A DNA stretch of 62,494 nt. It comes from Planctomycetota bacterium. GTDB taxonomy: Bacteria; Planctomycetota; Phycisphaerae; SM23-33. Below, in pieces: positions 45,195 through 54,415 of the stretch. Location: positions 1 through 62,494 of the forward strand of contig JAPLNA010000206.1 of NCBI GenBank assembly GCA_026693065.1. The letters are read 5' to 3'. Numbering within the stretch: position 1 is the first letter of the stretch; every line of letters starts with the position of its first letter. The position numbers and the translations under genes were made by a program. The notes beneath the pieces were generated by a model. The model did not search any database and was not told the origin of the DNA. It saw only the letters and a program-made list of their open reading frames with translations.

Positions 45195-45385
45195 GTCGTT
45201 TCCGTACTCTCTGGGTGTCTACCCCCCAACGCCCGTTCATTCCGGGCGCCAAGAAGGGCGAATCCTAATTGGATCGGGTATTCTCGTGCCGAACTCCAGC
45301 CCCGTCAAGGGAAACTTGCCTCGCCCCCCGCGGGGGCCTGGCGGCCCCCGGACGGGCCGGAGGCAACCAGGCACGGGGCCAAGGG

Positions 45386-47071
45386 CTACTTGGCGTCCAC
45401 CACGACACGGAAGCCGCAGAAAGCGGCCCGGGAGGGAGGCGTGCCCCAACTGCGACAGGCGGACCGGCAGTACTGTGGATAAAACCCCCAACACCCCCCG
45501 CGCAGAACACGACGCGTCCCCGATGCCACCCCCTGCGGGTCGCGGGTTCCCGCGTTCGCATACGACTCCTCGTACCAGTCGCTGCACCACTCCCACACGT
45601 TCCCGTGCATGTCGTACAGCCCCCAGGCGTTGGGCTTCTTCTGCCCGACGGGGTGAGTCGTGCCCCCGCTGTTCGTGTTGCACCAGGCGTACTCGCCCAG
45701 GGCCGCGTCCGTCTCGCCGAATCCGAACCGCGTCCTGCCCCCCGCACGGCAGGCGTATTCCCACTGCGCCTCCGTCGGCAACCGCGCCGCCTTGCCCGTC
45801 TTGGCCGACAGCTTCTTGCAGAACTCCACCGCGTCGTCCCAACTGACCTGTTCGGCCGGGTTCTTCGCCCCCTTGAAGGCGCTGGGGTTGGCGCCCATGA
45901 CGGCCTCGTACTGCTCCTGCGTCACCTCGTATACCCCCAGGCAGAACGCCTTGCTGATCGTCACCGCCCGCGGCGGGCCTTCACTGACGCCCCGGTCCTT
46001 CTCGCTCTCCGGGCTGCCCATCGTGAACTTCCCCGCCGGAATCACCACCAGCTTCAGCACCACCCCCTTGCCCAGGTCCAACCGGACCCACCGGGCGAAC
46101 TCCAGCCCCGCCTTCTCTCCCGCCTTGGCGACCTTCTCCAGCAACATCGTCCCCTTCAGCCGGGCGACATCCTGGTCCGTGTGAAGCTCGAGAAACCTCT
46201 CGCAACACGCGTTGCTCTTGCCCAGAAGCACGCCCTTACCGGCCGGCGAGGCCTTCTCGGCGACGTCGGCATACCACGTCGCCAACTCCAGACACGCCCC
46301 CTCGGCCAGGTCCGACACGGGCTTGGCCGATAGCGGAACGTAGGTCCGAACCTTCTCGTCCAGATCGTCGGTCACGAGCTTGACGGCCTCGGCGGGATTG
46401 TCGAACTCCCCCAGGTACGCCAGAATCAGATTCGTCCGGGCGGCGACGCTCTTGGGGTTCTCCTTCAGCTTGTTCTTGAGGCCCGTCAGTCTCGCTTCGG
46501 CCTCCACGCCGGCCGTGGTCTGCTTGATCCTGTCGGTAATCTCTCCGACCCGCCCCGAACCCGCACCGGTGGCGACGTCCAGGGCCTTGCGGTAGAGCGA
46601 TATCGCCTCCATGGGCTTCTTGAGGCCCGCTCGTTCATCTCCCCCGGCCACCAACAGGCCTATCAGTTCCTCCCCCAGCGTCCGGCGCTCCGCCCCGGCG
46701 CTCTTGGCATAGCGAACCTGGCTGGCCTCGATCAGTTTCTCTTGCGCCTGCCCCTTCTTCTCCGGCGCCACCTGGGCCAGGAACTTCATCGCGTCGATGG
46801 CCGTCCCATACCCGGCGGAGTCCTTCATGCCGAACTCGTAGGCCTTCTCGCAGAGAATCGCCTGGAGGCCCTTGTCCTTGTCCAGGGCCTTGGCGGCCTG
46901 GAGCACCTTGCCCGCGAACTCCGCCGACGCCCTGGGCCCCTTGCCAACGACGGCCTTCTCCTCCTCGCCAAACAGCGCCTGATAGTCAGCCTCCGCGCCA
47001 GCCATCGCCCAGGAGGCCAGGCAAAGAACCACCCCTGCCCCCAGCATCCAGCCGGCAGTTGATCTAGCCAC
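45386..47071 (-). CDS. Secreted protein with a C-terminal formylglycine-generating-enzyme (SUMF1/EgtB/PvdO) domain
   Basis: IPAGKFTMGSP...VSWDDAVEFCKKLS...RLPTEAQWEYACRAG...NAWGLYDMHGNVWEWC...RVLRGGCW. N-terminal signal peptide and a helical region. GTG start with a GAGAGGA RBS. Confidence 0.85.
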   Translation of the reverse strand: MARSTAGWMLGAGVVLCLASWAMAGAEADYQALFGEEEKAVVGKGPRASAEFAGKVLQAAKALDKDKGLQAILCEKAYEFGMKDSAGYGTAIDAMKFLAQVAPEKKGQAQEKLIEASQVRYAKSAGAERRTLGEELIGLLVAGGDERAGLKKPMEAISLYRKALDVATGAGSGRVGEITDRIKQTTAGVEAEARLTGLKNKLKENPKSVAARTNLILAYLGEFDNPAEAVKLVTDDLDEKVRTYVPLSAKPVSDLAEGACLELATWYADVAEKASPAGKGVLLGKSNACCERFLELHTDQDVARLKGTMLLEKVAKAGEKAGLEFARWVRLDLGKGVVLKLVVIPAGKFTMGSPESEKDRGVSEGPPRAVTISKAFCLGVYEVTQEQYEAVMGANPSAFKGAKNPAEQVSWDDAVEFCKKLSAKTGKAARLPTEAQWEYACRAGGRTRFGFGETDAALGEYAWCNTNSGGTTHPVGQKKPNAWGLYDMHGNVWEWCSDWYEESYANAGTRDPQGVASGTRRVLRGGCWGFYPQYCRSACRSWGTPPSRAAFCGFRVVVDAK

Positions 47072-47249
47072 GTTCGTATCCTCTCAACCCCGCCATGCTA
47101 CCCCCCCAGGCCGGGCACTTCAACGGCCTGCCCGTCTCGAGGACGGGGCGGGCAGGGAATTCGTTTGCCCGGCCATGCCGGCGAGATAGAATCTTGGAGA
47201 CTGCTGACGAGGGTCGGCGCGTAGACAAAAGGGAAGAAGGGCGGACATC

Positions 47250-49280
47250 ATGGGCTGGAAGAACGCTATCGGTTTGGCGGGCCCCGTGCTGGCGGCGGCC
47301 TTGGCGGCGATGCCTCAGCACCGGGCCAACGCGGACACGCCCAACCCCCCGCCGGCCGGCCGGCCCGAGCCGGCCCCTCAAGGGTTCTCCCAAGCCGCCC
47401 AGGAGCGGATCACCCAACTCATCCGGGAGACCTGCAAGCCTCCGGCCGCGACGCGACCGGCCGCGGGAGAGCCGGCCCGATGGTCCGAGCCGGTCGAAGG
47501 ACTCCAGGCCCGTGTCGTGTACATCGGCATGGCCTCCTTCGAGGGCTGCGCGGTCCTGGTGGGGCTGAAGAACGTGTCCAAGACGCCCCTGACAGTGCCG
47601 ATGGACGGCCTGGGCCGGCCGGCGGCGGCCGGATTGTTCGAGCTGCAAGCTCGTAGCGGGGCGGGCCCCTGGAAACCGGTCCCGCCAATCAAAGGGTTTG
47701 ACACCTGGGAAAACGCAGACTCCGACCATGGCGGGCCCAACCCGGGGCCTGCCATGACTCTCCCCGCCGGCCAGGATGCCCTCGTCTACCTGATCGGACT
47801 CGAGGATCCCCTGTCGAAGACAGTCACCGCGGTGCGGGTGGTCCTTCGCCGCCCGGCGGCCGGGGCCCCCAAGGACGGCTGGCCCGGCGTTCTGGAGACC
47901 CCGCCGATCCCCGCTCACTGGACCCACGACGAAATCGGCAACCTCGCCGGCAAGGCGCCGTTCCCGGCCGTCTTCCCCGCCTTCGATCGCCGCGGCTCCG
48001 TGGCCCCCAATGGGCCGGGATGGGAATCGCAAGTGAGTAAATTGGAGACCTCCAACTCGGATTTGCTGTGGGCGCTGCGGTTGTTCGAATCGGCTGGCAT
48101 CCGGCAGGAATTCGAGCGCCGCTTGGCGGCTGAGAAGGATCCCCCGATGAAGCTACTCCTGGCCTGCGTGGCCGCGGGAGAGGGCAGCCAACCGGCCGCG
48201 ATGTACTTGCTGGAGGCGATGAAGAAAACGGACTACGCCGCCGTCGCGAACCTGCACGATGCTCTGAAAAGGTTGTTCTACTATTACGACAGGGAACAAC
48301 CCGAGTGGCTCGTGGCCATGACTGTGGCGGCGATCTCGGATACGCGGCCCGTTACCGGGCTGGAAGAAGCCCACTTCTCCGCGGACACCCGGATGACGAT
48401 CTCCGAAAAGGCCCGCCATCTGGTCCACTGTCTGGGGTACGCCAAGTGCCGCCAGACCGTGCCGTTCCTGCTGGAGATGGTCCGGAAGAGCCCCGATGGC
48501 GACCCGATCATGGCCTTGGGATCTATGGGCGACCCCAGGGCTGTTCCCGTGCTGATCGAGGTTCTCAAGGCCGGCGGCAAGGAAGCGAGATTCGAGGAGG
48601 GCCAAGTTCAGCCGAAGTCCGTCGAGTGGTCGGCCGCCGCCCTGGGCGAACTCAAGGCCGCCCAGGCCGTGCCCACACTGCTGGAGCATCTCTGGTGCCC
48701 CGAGGCCGTCGAAGCTCTGGAAGCGATCGGCGATCGCCGCGCCCTGCCGGCCCTGCGTGAGCTCGTCCGGGCCGAGGGCCAGATCACACGGGACGGCAAG
48801 CCGGTGTTTCCCGGCCCGGAACTGGTGGCGCGTCGACTGGCCTGTGCCCGACTCGCCCTGGCCTGTCTCGAGGAAGGCGACCCCCTGCCACGGCTGTGCG
48901 CCTTGCTCCGCGACAGGCCCGCCGGCCTGCATCGGTGCGACGTGCTACATCGACTTCGCCACCACCCCGACCCGCGAGCCATTCCTTTTCTCATCGAGGC
49001 GATCAAGGCCGACCCGGATCCCTACGTGGTTTACGAGGCGATCTGCTCGCTGTCGGACTTCAAGTGCAAGGCCGCGGTGCAGGGGCTCGTTGACTGCTTC
49101 GACGTCGACTTCGCGAAAAAGGAGAGGTTCGGGAAAGATAGCTCCGATCCCGCGGAGAAGTTCCAGCAGCGCATCGCCGAATCCCTTCGGACGATCACCG
49201 GGCGCGACCTGAGCCCCGACAAAGGGCCCTGGGTCCACTGGTGGCAGACCGAAGGCCGATCGGCCACCGATCTGAAATGA
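47250..49280 (+). CDS. Secreted HEAT-repeat (PBS-lyase-like) protein
   Basis: Signal-like N-terminus. Repeated LG.(M/L)GD.RA(V/L)P.L motifs (MGDPRAVPVLIEVL, IGDRRALPALRELV, HPDPRAIPFLIEAI). Confidence 0.6.
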   Translation: MGWKNAIGLAGPVLAAALAAMPQHRANADTPNPPPAGRPEPAPQGFSQAAQERITQLIRETCKPPAATRPAAGEPARWSEPVEGLQARVVYIGMASFEGCAVLVGLKNVSKTPLTVPMDGLGRPAAAGLFELQARSGAGPWKPVPPIKGFDTWENADSDHGGPNPGPAMTLPAGQDALVYLIGLEDPLSKTVTAVRVVLRRPAAGAPKDGWPGVLETPPIPAHWTHDEIGNLAGKAPFPAVFPAFDRRGSVAPNGPGWESQVSKLETSNSDLLWALRLFESAGIRQEFERRLAAEKDPPMKLLLACVAAGEGSQPAAMYLLEAMKKTDYAAVANLHDALKRLFYYYDREQPEWLVAMTVAAISDTRPVTGLEEAHFSADTRMTISEKARHLVHCLGYAKCRQTVPFLLEMVRKSPDGDPIMALGSMGDPRAVPVLIEVLKAGGKEARFEEGQVQPKSVEWSAAALGELKAAQAVPTLLEHLWCPEAVEALEAIGDRRALPALRELVRAEGQITRDGKPVFPGPELVARRLACARLALACLEEGDPLPRLCALLRDRPAGLHRCDVLHRLRHHPDPRAIPFLIEAIKADPDPYVVYEAICSLSDFKCKAAVQGLVDCFDVDFAKKERFGKDSSDPAEKFQQRIAESLRTITGRDLSPDKGPWVHWWQTEGRSATDLK

Positions 49281-49336
49281 CCGGCCCGGGAAGTCCCCCG
49301 GCCCGGGTGTCATAGAATCAACGTAGGAGAACGGCC

Positions 49337-50905
49337 ATGAGATCCTTTCTGGCGGGTTCAGGGCTGGCATGCGTCCTGGGATTTTCGGCCGCCGCGGCCC
49401 TCCTGCTGCCGACGGCCTGTGAGCCGTCCGGCCCCGCCCGGAAGGCAACCGGAAAACACAAGGCCCCCGAGTCCTCCGCGGCCCCGAAACCCCAAACCTC
49501 CGCCTTCGGGCTGACGGAAGTGCTCGATTTCTCTCAGACCAGCGTGAGCCGCTTGGGATTCTCTCCGGCAACGCGGAACCTGTTCGTCTCGTTCGGGGAC
49601 GACGACAAACTCTACCAGTGGGACCTGAACACCAACACGTTGGCACACACCTATCGGCTGGGCGAAGGATACCGGTGCGACAGCGTGGCCCTTTCCCCCG
49701 ACGGGCGGTATCTCGGCGTCGGCTGTTGGCCGCTGGATGCCGGCACGCGCCGCTGCAAGACGCTCATTCTGGACACTCAGGCCAAACGCATCCACAAGGA
49801 TCTGGGCATCGACAGCCGCACGTACCGGCCGCAGTTCCTTCCCGACGGGAAGACGTTCGCGGTGGACGACGGCCGCCTTTTCGACCTGGACACCAGGCCG
49901 GTCGCAGGCCCACTCCCCCCGCGACCCAAGCCCGCGCCGGGGTCCGTGTGGCGCATCGAGTCGAGCAAGGAGACCATCGAGACCCACGGCCTGTACTACC
50001 GCGACGCGTGGGGCAAAGACCACCGGTTGACGGATACCGAGTGGGGGGACAATTACGGGATCACCCGGGACGGCAAGTACGTCGCGGCGACAACGTGGGA
50101 TGGCGAGGTGATCGTGTGGCGGACAAAGGACCGGAAGGAGGTCTTCCGAAAGCGAATTGCCGTCCAGTACGGGCATCTTGCCTATGACCCGGGGGCCAAC
50201 CGTTTCCTGCTGGCTGACGCCACGCACGCGAACACTCATCTCCTGGCCCTGTACGTGCCCGAAGGCGACGCCGCGGCCGCCCCAGGCCCGGCCGACAGCA
50301 CCCGCGAGGCCGATTTCTGGGCCGCCTGCAAATCCGCCTGTTACCAGCTCACGGCCGTCGCCCGGCTCGGGGGCCAAAGAGTCGAGTTTCTCGAAGGCAA
50401 CGTCCCCAAGGATCCGATAATCCCGCTGTTGATGGTCGCCCGGGAGGAGGATGGGCAATTCATCGATTTCGCCACCAGCCAGATCAACACCACCGCCCGG
50501 CCTTTCTGCCGGAGCGATCGATATGTGGCCCTGGCCACCTACTCCACCGGCGCCCCCGACGGCTTCCTGATCTACGATTCCCACGCCCGGCGGTTCCTGG
50601 CCCGGAAGCTCACCGACCACGTCCACGACGGCTGCGTGATCGTGGGCGACTCCCTCTTCTTCTCCTCCTGCAAGACCCCCCAGCCGATCCTCCGCCTGGA
50701 CATCCTCACCGGGGGGGCGAAGGCCTTCGGCTCCCCCGCCGCCCAGGGCGCCGCCTTCCACGTGATCGGACCACGAGTCTACACTACAGGCGACGACGGC
50801 AAGGCCTATTCCATCGACCCCGACCGCCTGACCCCCGCCCCCGTCGACCTCAAGAACCAACCCCCCACGAAGATGAACTACCCGACCTTGAGACCCGGGG
50901 CATAA
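49337..50905 (+). CDS. Hypothetical lipoprotein, possibly beta-propeller
   Basis: AGGAGA RBS. MRSFLAGSGLACVLGFSAAAALLLPTAC signal with lipobox-like Cys. WD-like strands (DGKYVAATTWDGEVIVW). Confidence 0.55.
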   Translation: MRSFLAGSGLACVLGFSAAAALLLPTACEPSGPARKATGKHKAPESSAAPKPQTSAFGLTEVLDFSQTSVSRLGFSPATRNLFVSFGDDDKLYQWDLNTNTLAHTYRLGEGYRCDSVALSPDGRYLGVGCWPLDAGTRRCKTLILDTQAKRIHKDLGIDSRTYRPQFLPDGKTFAVDDGRLFDLDTRPVAGPLPPRPKPAPGSVWRIESSKETIETHGLYYRDAWGKDHRLTDTEWGDNYGITRDGKYVAATTWDGEVIVWRTKDRKEVFRKRIAVQYGHLAYDPGANRFLLADATHANTHLLALYVPEGDAAAAPGPADSTREADFWAACKSACYQLTAVARLGGQRVEFLEGNVPKDPIIPLLMVAREEDGQFIDFATSQINTTARPFCRSDRYVALATYSTGAPDGFLIYDSHARRFLARKLTDHVHDGCVIVGDSLFFSSCKTPQPILRLDILTGGAKAFGSPAAQGAAFHVIGPRVYTTGDDGKAYSIDPDRLTPAPVDLKNQPPTKMNYPTLRPGA

Positions 50906-51127
50906 AACACATTTACATATTCACTCACCGCCATCGATATCCCGGCTGCCCGAACGGCTTCGCCCGACCGCGACCTTCAACAACGTGTAGCGGCAAGGCT
51001 TGCCCCGCGCTGGAGTCTGCGACACGCGACGCGAGAAGGGAACCGGGAACGGCGTCGCTGAAGCGGGCCGTCCGTGGTGAAGTTGCATCGGCGGGCGGAA
51101 GCGGTATAATGGGCGAATTCCAGGACA

Positions 51128-52390
51128 TTGGCGTTGCGTTTGTACGGGAAGAACGACCTGCGGCTGGAGGAGTTTGAACTGCCCCCCATCGCCGACGACG
51201 AGATCCTGGCTGACATTACCTCCGACAGCGTGTGCATGTCGTCGTACAAGGCGACGATCCAGGGGGAAGACCACAAGCGAGTGCCCAAGGACGTGGCGAC
51301 CAATCCGATCATCATCGGGCACGAATTCTGCGGGACGCTGTTGCAGGTGGGCAAGAAATGGGCCGGGCGATTCAAGGCCGGGCAGAAGTACAGCGTTCAG
51401 CCGGCCATGAGCATTCCCGGTCGCGAGCTGGAGGCCCCGGGGTACAGTTTCCGCTTCATCGGCGGCGACGCGACGAAGATCATCATCCCGCGGGAAGTGA
51501 TGGAGGTGGACTGTCTTCTGGCCTACGACGGGCCGGGGTACTTCCCGGCCAGTTTGTCCGAGCCGGTCTCGTGCATCATCGGGGCGTTCAACACGAATTA
51601 CCACTACACGCTGGGCGAGTACACGCACAAGGCGGGGATCGTCGAGGGCGGGGCGACGGCGATTCTCGCCGGGGCCGGGCCGATGGGGCTGGGCGCGGTG
51701 GACTACGCGATCCACGGCCCGCGTCGCCCGCGGTTGCTGGCGGTGACGGACATCGACCAGGGACGGCTGGACCGAGCGGCCTCGCTGGTCACCGTCGCCG
51801 ACGCGAAGGCCAACGGGGTCGATCTGCGGTACGTCAACACGGGGGCGGGGGACGCGGTGGGGGCCCTGAAGGCCCTGACGGGCGGGGCGGGGTTCGACGA
51901 CGTGTTCGTCTTCGCTCCCGTCGCGGGCCTCATCGAGCAGGCCAGCGCCCTGCTGGGCTTCAACGGGTGCCTGAACTTCTTCGCCGGGCCCGCCCACCCC
52001 GATTTCAAGGCGACCCTCAACTTTTACGACGTCCACTACATGGGCCACCACGTCGTCGGCTCCTCCGGCGGCAACACCCAGGACATGCGGGACGCCCTGG
52101 CGTTGATGGCGGCCAACAAGATCGACCCGGCCGTCATGATCACGCACGTGGGCGGGTTGGACTCGGCCGCCGAGACCATCAAGACGCTGCCGAAGATTCC
52201 GGGGGGCAAACGGCTGGTGTACACGGGCATCTCGATGCCGATGACGGCCCTGACGGACCTGGCGGGCCTGGGGGCGGGCAACCCCATGTACAAGTACCTG
52301 GCCGCCCTGGTCGCCAAGCACAACGGGCTTTGGTCGGTCGAGGCGGAGGCGTATTTGCTGGGGCATGCACCGAAGATCGAGAAGCCGTAA
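51128..52390 (+). CDS. Zinc-dependent medium-chain dehydrogenase/reductase (polyol or sugar-phosphate dehydrogenase-like)
   Basis: TTG start. LRLYGKNDLRLEE, Zn site SVCMSS...GHEFCG, and NAD motif LAGAGPMGLGAV. Confidence 0.8.
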   Translation: MALRLYGKNDLRLEEFELPPIADDEILADITSDSVCMSSYKATIQGEDHKRVPKDVATNPIIIGHEFCGTLLQVGKKWAGRFKAGQKYSVQPAMSIPGRELEAPGYSFRFIGGDATKIIIPREVMEVDCLLAYDGPGYFPASLSEPVSCIIGAFNTNYHYTLGEYTHKAGIVEGGATAILAGAGPMGLGAVDYAIHGPRRPRLLAVTDIDQGRLDRAASLVTVADAKANGVDLRYVNTGAGDAVGALKALTGGAGFDDVFVFAPVAGLIEQASALLGFNGCLNFFAGPAHPDFKATLNFYDVHYMGHHVVGSSGGNTQDMRDALALMAANKIDPAVMITHVGGLDSAAETIKTLPKIPGGKRLVYTGISMPMTALTDLAGLGAGNPMYKYLAALVAKHNGLWSVEAEAYLLGHAPKIEKP

Positions 52391-52505
52391 TTCGTACTCA
52401 GTAAACCGTAATCCGTAACCAGCACAGACAAGAGGGCAGTCTGAGGTCTCGATAGGGTTACTGGTCGCCGATTACTGATTACTGATTACGGGTTACTGAT
52501 TACGG
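52385..52505. repeat. Inverted arrays of the motif CGTAAT / ATTACG overlapping the stop of the dehydrogenase gene
   Basis: Left arm CCGTAATTCGTACTCAGTAAACCGTAATCCGTAACCAG. Right arm GGGTTACTGGTCGCCGATTACTGATTACTGATTACGGGTTACTGATTACGG. Complementarity is imperfect. Confidence 0.6.
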
Positions 52506-52637
52506 TTCACGACACACGATTTCCGGCCCCGGGCCGGCGCGAGTGGAAATGGACCCCATCCGGTGCGTATCCTTCTGGTAGTGGCTGACACATCAACCGG
52601 CCGCCCCGCGGGCGAGCCCTAGACAGGAGATTTCACC

Positions 52638-53072
52638 ATGGCACTCATGGCCGAACGCGTGGACGTATGGGCGGCGAGCGTGGAGGACAGGCCCGGGGCG
52701 TTGGCGACGAAGCTGTCGGCCTTGGCGCGGGCGGGGGCGAACCTGGAGTTCATTGTCGCCCGGCGGTCGGCCGAGAAGCCCGGCGCCGGCGTCGTCTTCG
52801 TCACTCCGCTGGTGGGCGACCGCGAGATCGCCGCCGCCAGCGACGTGGGTTTCGTCCCCGCCCACAGCCTCCACGCCGTCCGCGTCGAAGGCGCCAACAA
52901 GCCCGGCGTCGCCGCCAAGATCACCGAACGCCTCGCCCAGGCAGGCATGAACCTTCGCGGGCTCACCGCCGGCGTGGTCGGCCGAAAGTTCATCCTCCAC
53001 CTGGCCTTCACCACCGCCGAGCAGGCCAACAAGGCCGTCAAACTCCTCAAGGGCCGGGCCAAGGCGAAGTAG
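52638..53072 (+). CDS. Tandem ACT-domain protein
   Basis: Two ACT-like units (VWAASVEDRPGALATKLSALARAGANL and AVRVEGANKPGVAAKITERLAQAGMNL). Confidence 0.7.
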   Translation: MALMAERVDVWAASVEDRPGALATKLSALARAGANLEFIVARRSAEKPGAGVVFVTPLVGDREIAAASDVGFVPAHSLHAVRVEGANKPGVAAKITERLAQAGMNLRGLTAGVVGRKFILHLAFTTAEQANKAVKLLKGRAKAK

Positions 53073-53207
53073 TCCCCCCCCGGGGGACCGGGGAGATTCC
53101 CCAGAAACTTCTTGTCCACAGCCCGGGCGGCTTCTATCGTTGAGGGGCCTGGCGAGAACCCAACTCGCCGACACAGGATTACCACGAAGGGAGCCGGCGA
53201 GTCTGAC

Positions 53208-54053
53208 ATGGTCTGGCGAATGGTTTTGACGGTATCACTGGCCGCGGCGGCGGCGACGGCGGGCGGCTGCGGGATGGAGGCCGCCCTCGTGTACTTCCCC
53301 ACCAAGGTCATCGACCGCACCCCCGCCGACGAGAAGGTGCCCTACGAGACCGTCACGATCACGACCTCTGACGGCCTGAAGCTGGAGGCCTGGTACATGC
53401 CCCCCGCCAAGCCCGACGGGCCGGTGATCCTCCACTTTCACGGCAACAGCGGCGACCTGTCCAACCGCGTGGGGCTCTTCGAGCTCTTCCACCCGCTGGG
53501 GCTGGGCCTGCTGGTGATCGATTACCGCGGGTTCGGGCGGAGCGAGGGCTCGCCCACGGAGGCCGGCACGTACCTGGACGCCCAGGCCGCCTGGAAGTAC
53601 CTGACGCAGACCCGCGGCATCGCCCCCTCGCGGATCTTCCTCCAGGGGCAGTCCCTGGGCGGCGGGGTCGCCAGCGAACTGGCCACCCGCGTCAAGCCCG
53701 GCGGGCTGATCCTCGAGGCCACCTTCACCAGCCTGACCGACGAGGCCGCCGACATGCTCTGGTTTCTCCCCGTGCGGCTGCTGATGCGGACGTGGTATCC
53801 CACCAGAGACCGCCTGGCGACGATCGACTGTCCCGTGCTCGTGCTCCACAGCCGCGAGGACGGCATCATCCCCTTCCACCACGGGCAGGACCTATACCAG
53901 GCCGCCCGCGAGCCCAAACGGTTCGTGGAGATCACCGGCGGGCACAACACGGGCATCTACGAATGCCAGAAGGTGTACCTGAGCGCGATCCGGCAGTTCA
54001 TCGACGACAGCCTGAGCGGCCACTGGCCCGCCTCCGCCCCCGCCGCCAAGTGA
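53208..54053 (+). CDS. Alpha/beta hydrolase (S9/S33-like serine hydrolase)
   Basis: HFHGNSG, nucleophile elbow GQSLGGG, and C-terminal Asp/His contexts (HSREDGIIP, GGHN). N-terminal signal/anchor. The start is uncertain. Confidence 0.8.
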   Translation: MVWRMVLTVSLAAAAATAGGCGMEAALVYFPTKVIDRTPADEKVPYETVTITTSDGLKLEAWYMPPAKPDGPVILHFHGNSGDLSNRVGLFELFHPLGLGLLVIDYRGFGRSEGSPTEAGTYLDAQAAWKYLTQTRGIAPSRIFLQGQSLGGGVASELATRVKPGGLILEATFTSLTDEAADMLWFLPVRLLMRTWYPTRDRLATIDCPVLVLHSREDGIIPFHHGQDLYQAAREPKRFVEITGGHNTGIYECQKVYLSAIRQFIDDSLSGHWPASAPAAK

Positions 54054-54093
54054 ACCCCCGCGCCGGGGCGCCCCCCGGCCGTCCCTGCAGTTC

Positions 54094-54285
54094 TCACTTA
54101 CCCGTCTTGGCGATGAGCGGCCAGCGATCGGGGTTCTTCAGGCTCTCCAGTTCCAGGTCCACGTCGAGCTTCGGCCAGAACAGGTGCCGCCCATGGAGTA
54201 ACTTCACGGCCAGGATGTCCCCCACACAGGCGTTCTTGAACCACGGATAGTCGGCAAACGGCAGGAAGTGCTCTTGCCCCTGCAC
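54094..54285 (-). CDS. DUF2442-like small protein, possibly N-terminally truncated
   Basis: FADYPWFKNA....ILAVKLLHGRHLFWPKLDVDLELESLKNPDRWPL matches my recollection of the DUF2442 C-terminal pattern (h.WP.LD.DLs.esL..P). GTG start. The reading frame is open upstream to a TAG. Confidence 0.5.
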   Translation of the reverse strand: MQGQEHFLPFADYPWFKNACVGDILAVKLLHGRHLFWPKLDVDLELESLKNPDRWPLIAKTGK

Positions 54286-54415
54286 CAGGAGCCAGACTCC
54301 GTGGCCGGAGATATTGGTTCCCCGGGCCCCATTCTAGGTCTCCCGCCTGCGATGACTGTTGTCGCCGACGAGCGGGGGGCGTACCATGGACGAGGCGATT
54401 TCGAAAGGACCTTGC

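Noticed and set aside
40314-45482. 1,722-aa plus-strand ORF spanning the lipoprotein and secDF loci
   Set aside because: It is a shadow ORF antisense to two well-supported minus-strand genes. It has low-complexity Arg/Gly/Pro/Asp content and no recognisable domains.
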